Assembly (NCBI RefSeq): GCF_947568905.1
Contig: NC_079166.1
Span: 2,170,001 to 2,234,000, forward strand
Length of the DNA stretch: 64,000 bases
Reading direction: 5' to 3'
Source: Ostrea edulis
Lineage: Eukaryota
A program made the position numbers and the translations under genes. The notes beneath the pieces are model-generated. The model was not told where the DNA came from. It made no database searches and was given only the letters and a program-made list of their open reading frames with translations. Positions 61,266-64,000 of the stretch are shown here, in pieces (position 1 is the stretch's first letter; every line of letters starts with the position of its first letter).

Positions 61266-62942
61266 CTTAACACGAAATGCAAACTGCGATTTCATTGGTT
61301 GACCGGTTTTAGTGAAATATTGAATATTGAGCCCGATCTGATATTGCGAGCAATTTTTGCATTAATTTGCATCGCATTTTTTTTTTTTTTTTTTTTTTTT
61401 GTATGTTTATTTTAGTATTGCTAAGAGTTTTCGACCAATTCAAAATAATTTTGAAAGATTGATAAATATTTCGAGTCGGATATAAAGATCTCAAGTTCTA
61501 ATTCTAAAATGTTTTCATATCTTTTTTCAAGCTGATTGCATTAGTGCAGTTATAATGGATTCTGATCTTGTTTATTAATTTTAAATCTTTAACGTTAATC
61601 TGTTTTTAACTTACAAAACTATGTATTTTCATTTTCATTTTCGAATTTTGAAAAGTATTACTTCATATTAAAAATGTCCGGGGGGGGGGGGGGGTCTATA
61701 AAATGACAGCCAAAGCGAGTTTGTTGGAATGATAGGAATTTTTTCCTTCTTGAAGTAAATATTTTTATTTCAAAATTAAGTATGTTTTCTTAATCAAGCC
61801 TGGGTAAAGACTACCTGCGCCTAGCTACATGTATACGCAACTACATTTTCATCAGTGTTCAAGCAATTTCACCCCAATCCTATTCTCTATGGAGAAGTTG
61901 AGAGACGTGGTGTATGTCGTGAGGACCTAGCACCTTTTCCTACCTGCTGATTTCCTATCATTCCTCTTAATTATTTACAGATTCCTCTTCATTCGATATC
62001 AGGATATTAATGACGATTTTTTTTTTAACTCTGCGACATTGCTTCTCGTCCTTTGTGTCGATACCACTGAACTCTGCATGTACATGTGTTGTTGGTTTTT
62101 TTGTTTTGTTTTTGGTTTGTTTGTTTTTTTTCATCCGCTGATGTACAAAACATTTGATCGTCAAAACTCATGCTTTTGTAGAAAAAAAAAAAATCTGGTA
62201 TTTTTACTGACAATTTTAGAATTAATCTGACAAACTTCCTACAAACATGGTTCAATACGTTTGTTATTGTTTTGCCCCACCCCTTTTCGGGAAAAGTACC
62301 GCAAGATAAAAAGGAATAACGTTCAAAGACAGTTACACAAAACATATTTTGTGTACTTTGTGGTTTCTGATGAACGGTAACGATTCTAATACTTGTCTTA
62401 CGATTCACGACTTCTAAATTTTCACGAAAATGTGATAAGGGAGATGGGGTATTTTTGGCATGCATGTTCGAAAAGCTGTCGAAATTCGTGGTTGACAAAG
62501 TCGTAGTTCTTGGACAGGAAGTATCATTTTTCAGGCTTTAAAATTGGTAATCTATTGGCATGAGAATTCTCTGATTTACGTTATGTTTTTAATATATCGA
62601 TCTCAGTTTAAAAAAAAAAAAGATATGTGTAGTTGTGTTTGAGCAATGGTCGATCTGTTATAAAAGTACCACATGAAGCTGAATAAATTTATGAATTGTT
62701 TATTTTACATAAAACATATTTTGTATATGATTATACTAGCGGTATACCAGGTCTTGTTCTTGATATACATATAAAATATTTCTACATAACAACGTGTTCA
62801 TTGGTGAACGGTAAAATAAATAAATAGCCTAAAATATGTCTAAAATATCATTACCAGTCCATCTGGTAAATCAAATTAATTACAAAATATTCCTGATGTT
62901 GGAAACTGTTCTTGATTTTACTAAGAAAAAAACATTGACGAG

Positions 62943-63110
62943 TTATTCGTCAAAAAGATCGCGGATCAGGTGATAGTGCCCCTCATCCTCCGACGCAGGA
63001 TCCGCCTCCTCGTCGTCCTCACTTTCTGCTTGATACATGGATGTGAAGATCACTAGCGGAGATGAAACTCTGGTGCATTTAGATCTCACGTTCTGTTTGC
63101 CTCTGTGTGC
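62943..63110 (-). CDS. Probable terminal exon of a gene starting right of the window; acidic C-terminus
   Basis: Acceptor tatttcacag at 63111, then an open phase-0 frame AHRGKQNVRSKCTRVSSPLVIFTSMYQAESEDDEEADPASEDEGHYHLIRDLFDE* in a GC-elevated island. Confidence 0.6.
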   Translation of the reverse strand, partial: AHRGKQNVRSKCTRVSSPLVIFTSMYQAESEDDEEADPASEDEGHYHLIRDLFDE

Positions 63111-63793
63111 CTGTGAAATAGGATCAACAAGTCCTACTTATAAATAAATTTTTTAGACATGACACTTCTTCGTCATATAAATGCAATGATGTCAACTTAT
63201 CTTTTATACTTTGGAAATTCTGATATCATTGACCAATAATTTTGAACTTGTGCTCAAATTCATTTCACTTACCAGAATATTTAGATAATCATAAAACATA
63301 TCAAACCTATATGATACATATAACCGGTACCATTTATATATATTTATACTTTTATATACATATGTATTTATAGTATACTATATTTTACTATGCATGTGCA
63401 AACATTATTCAGCTGTTAGGTTACATATACACGTACAATGTAGATTTCAAATGTTAATCACAAATGTTATGTAATTCTGCACATATGTGCATATCCCGTT
63501 CGATCCGCTCCTTTATTTTTTTATTTATTATTATTATTATTTTTTTTGGTCGTTACTCTGATTTTAATCAGATTGGTACAGCCAAAGTCTGCTGCTGTAT
63601 AATGCCCCATCAATTTAGTGAATAAAGTATTGTTTTAAACTATAACTACATTTAGTAAGAGAGAAGAAAGGATTCAAAGAAATTTCATGAGCGAAAAGTT
63701 GTCAAATTTTACACGGGTCTTACATGAAAAAAATTACATGAAATATCAATGGGAATTCTACATGAACACACCAGTATCACTAAGAGTGTGTTC

Positions 63794-63992
63794 GATCATC
63801 GTTACGTACATTCTACATGATACAGCATTACTATCACTAAGATCATCGTTACGTACATTCTACATGATACAGCATTACTATCACTAAGATCATCGTTACG
63901 TACATTCTACATGATACAGCATTACTATCACTAAGATCATCGTTACGTACATTCTACATGATACAGCATTACTATCACTAAGATCATTGTTA
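63794..63992. repeat. 47-bp minisatellite, about 4 copies
   Basis: gatcatcgttacgtacattctacatgatacagcattactatcactaa at 63794, 63841, 63888 and 63935. Confidence 0.95.
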
Positions 63993-64000
63993 CCTACCGT

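Overview
This is AT-rich, intron-containing eukaryotic DNA, probably from a bivalve such as an oyster (inferred from Helentron-type satellite-carrying elements, a (CAAT)n-tailed SINE family and the gene set). Four complete spliced genes were reconstructed by hand with consistent GT-AG phases: a divergent Na+/K+-ATPase beta-subunit-like gene (+, 4212-15335, 5 exons), a secreted GH3 beta-xylosidase-like gene (-, 22566-33400, 12 exons), an ODF3/SHIPPO-repeat axonemal gene (-, 35249-39444, 5 exons) and MEAF6/Eaf6 (-, 43471-61265, 7 exons). Orphan terminal exons lie at each end of the window. Introns are packed with minisatellites, SINEs, MITEs and nested DNA transposons. The most notable observations are: (1) an inverted partial duplicate of the ODF3 last exon, head-to-head with its parent across an X-box, with its reading frame preserved by compensating indels and only synonymous changes; (2) two independent minisatellites built from exon-end plus 5' splice site, giving about 10 spare donors each; (3) an LTR-like fragment containing a tRNA-like unit followed by a tRNA-His primer-binding site; (4) a multi-layer transposon nest; (5) a 26-bp satellite apparently born from one arm of an inverted repeat. 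All of this was read by eye with no database searches, so family names are from recall.
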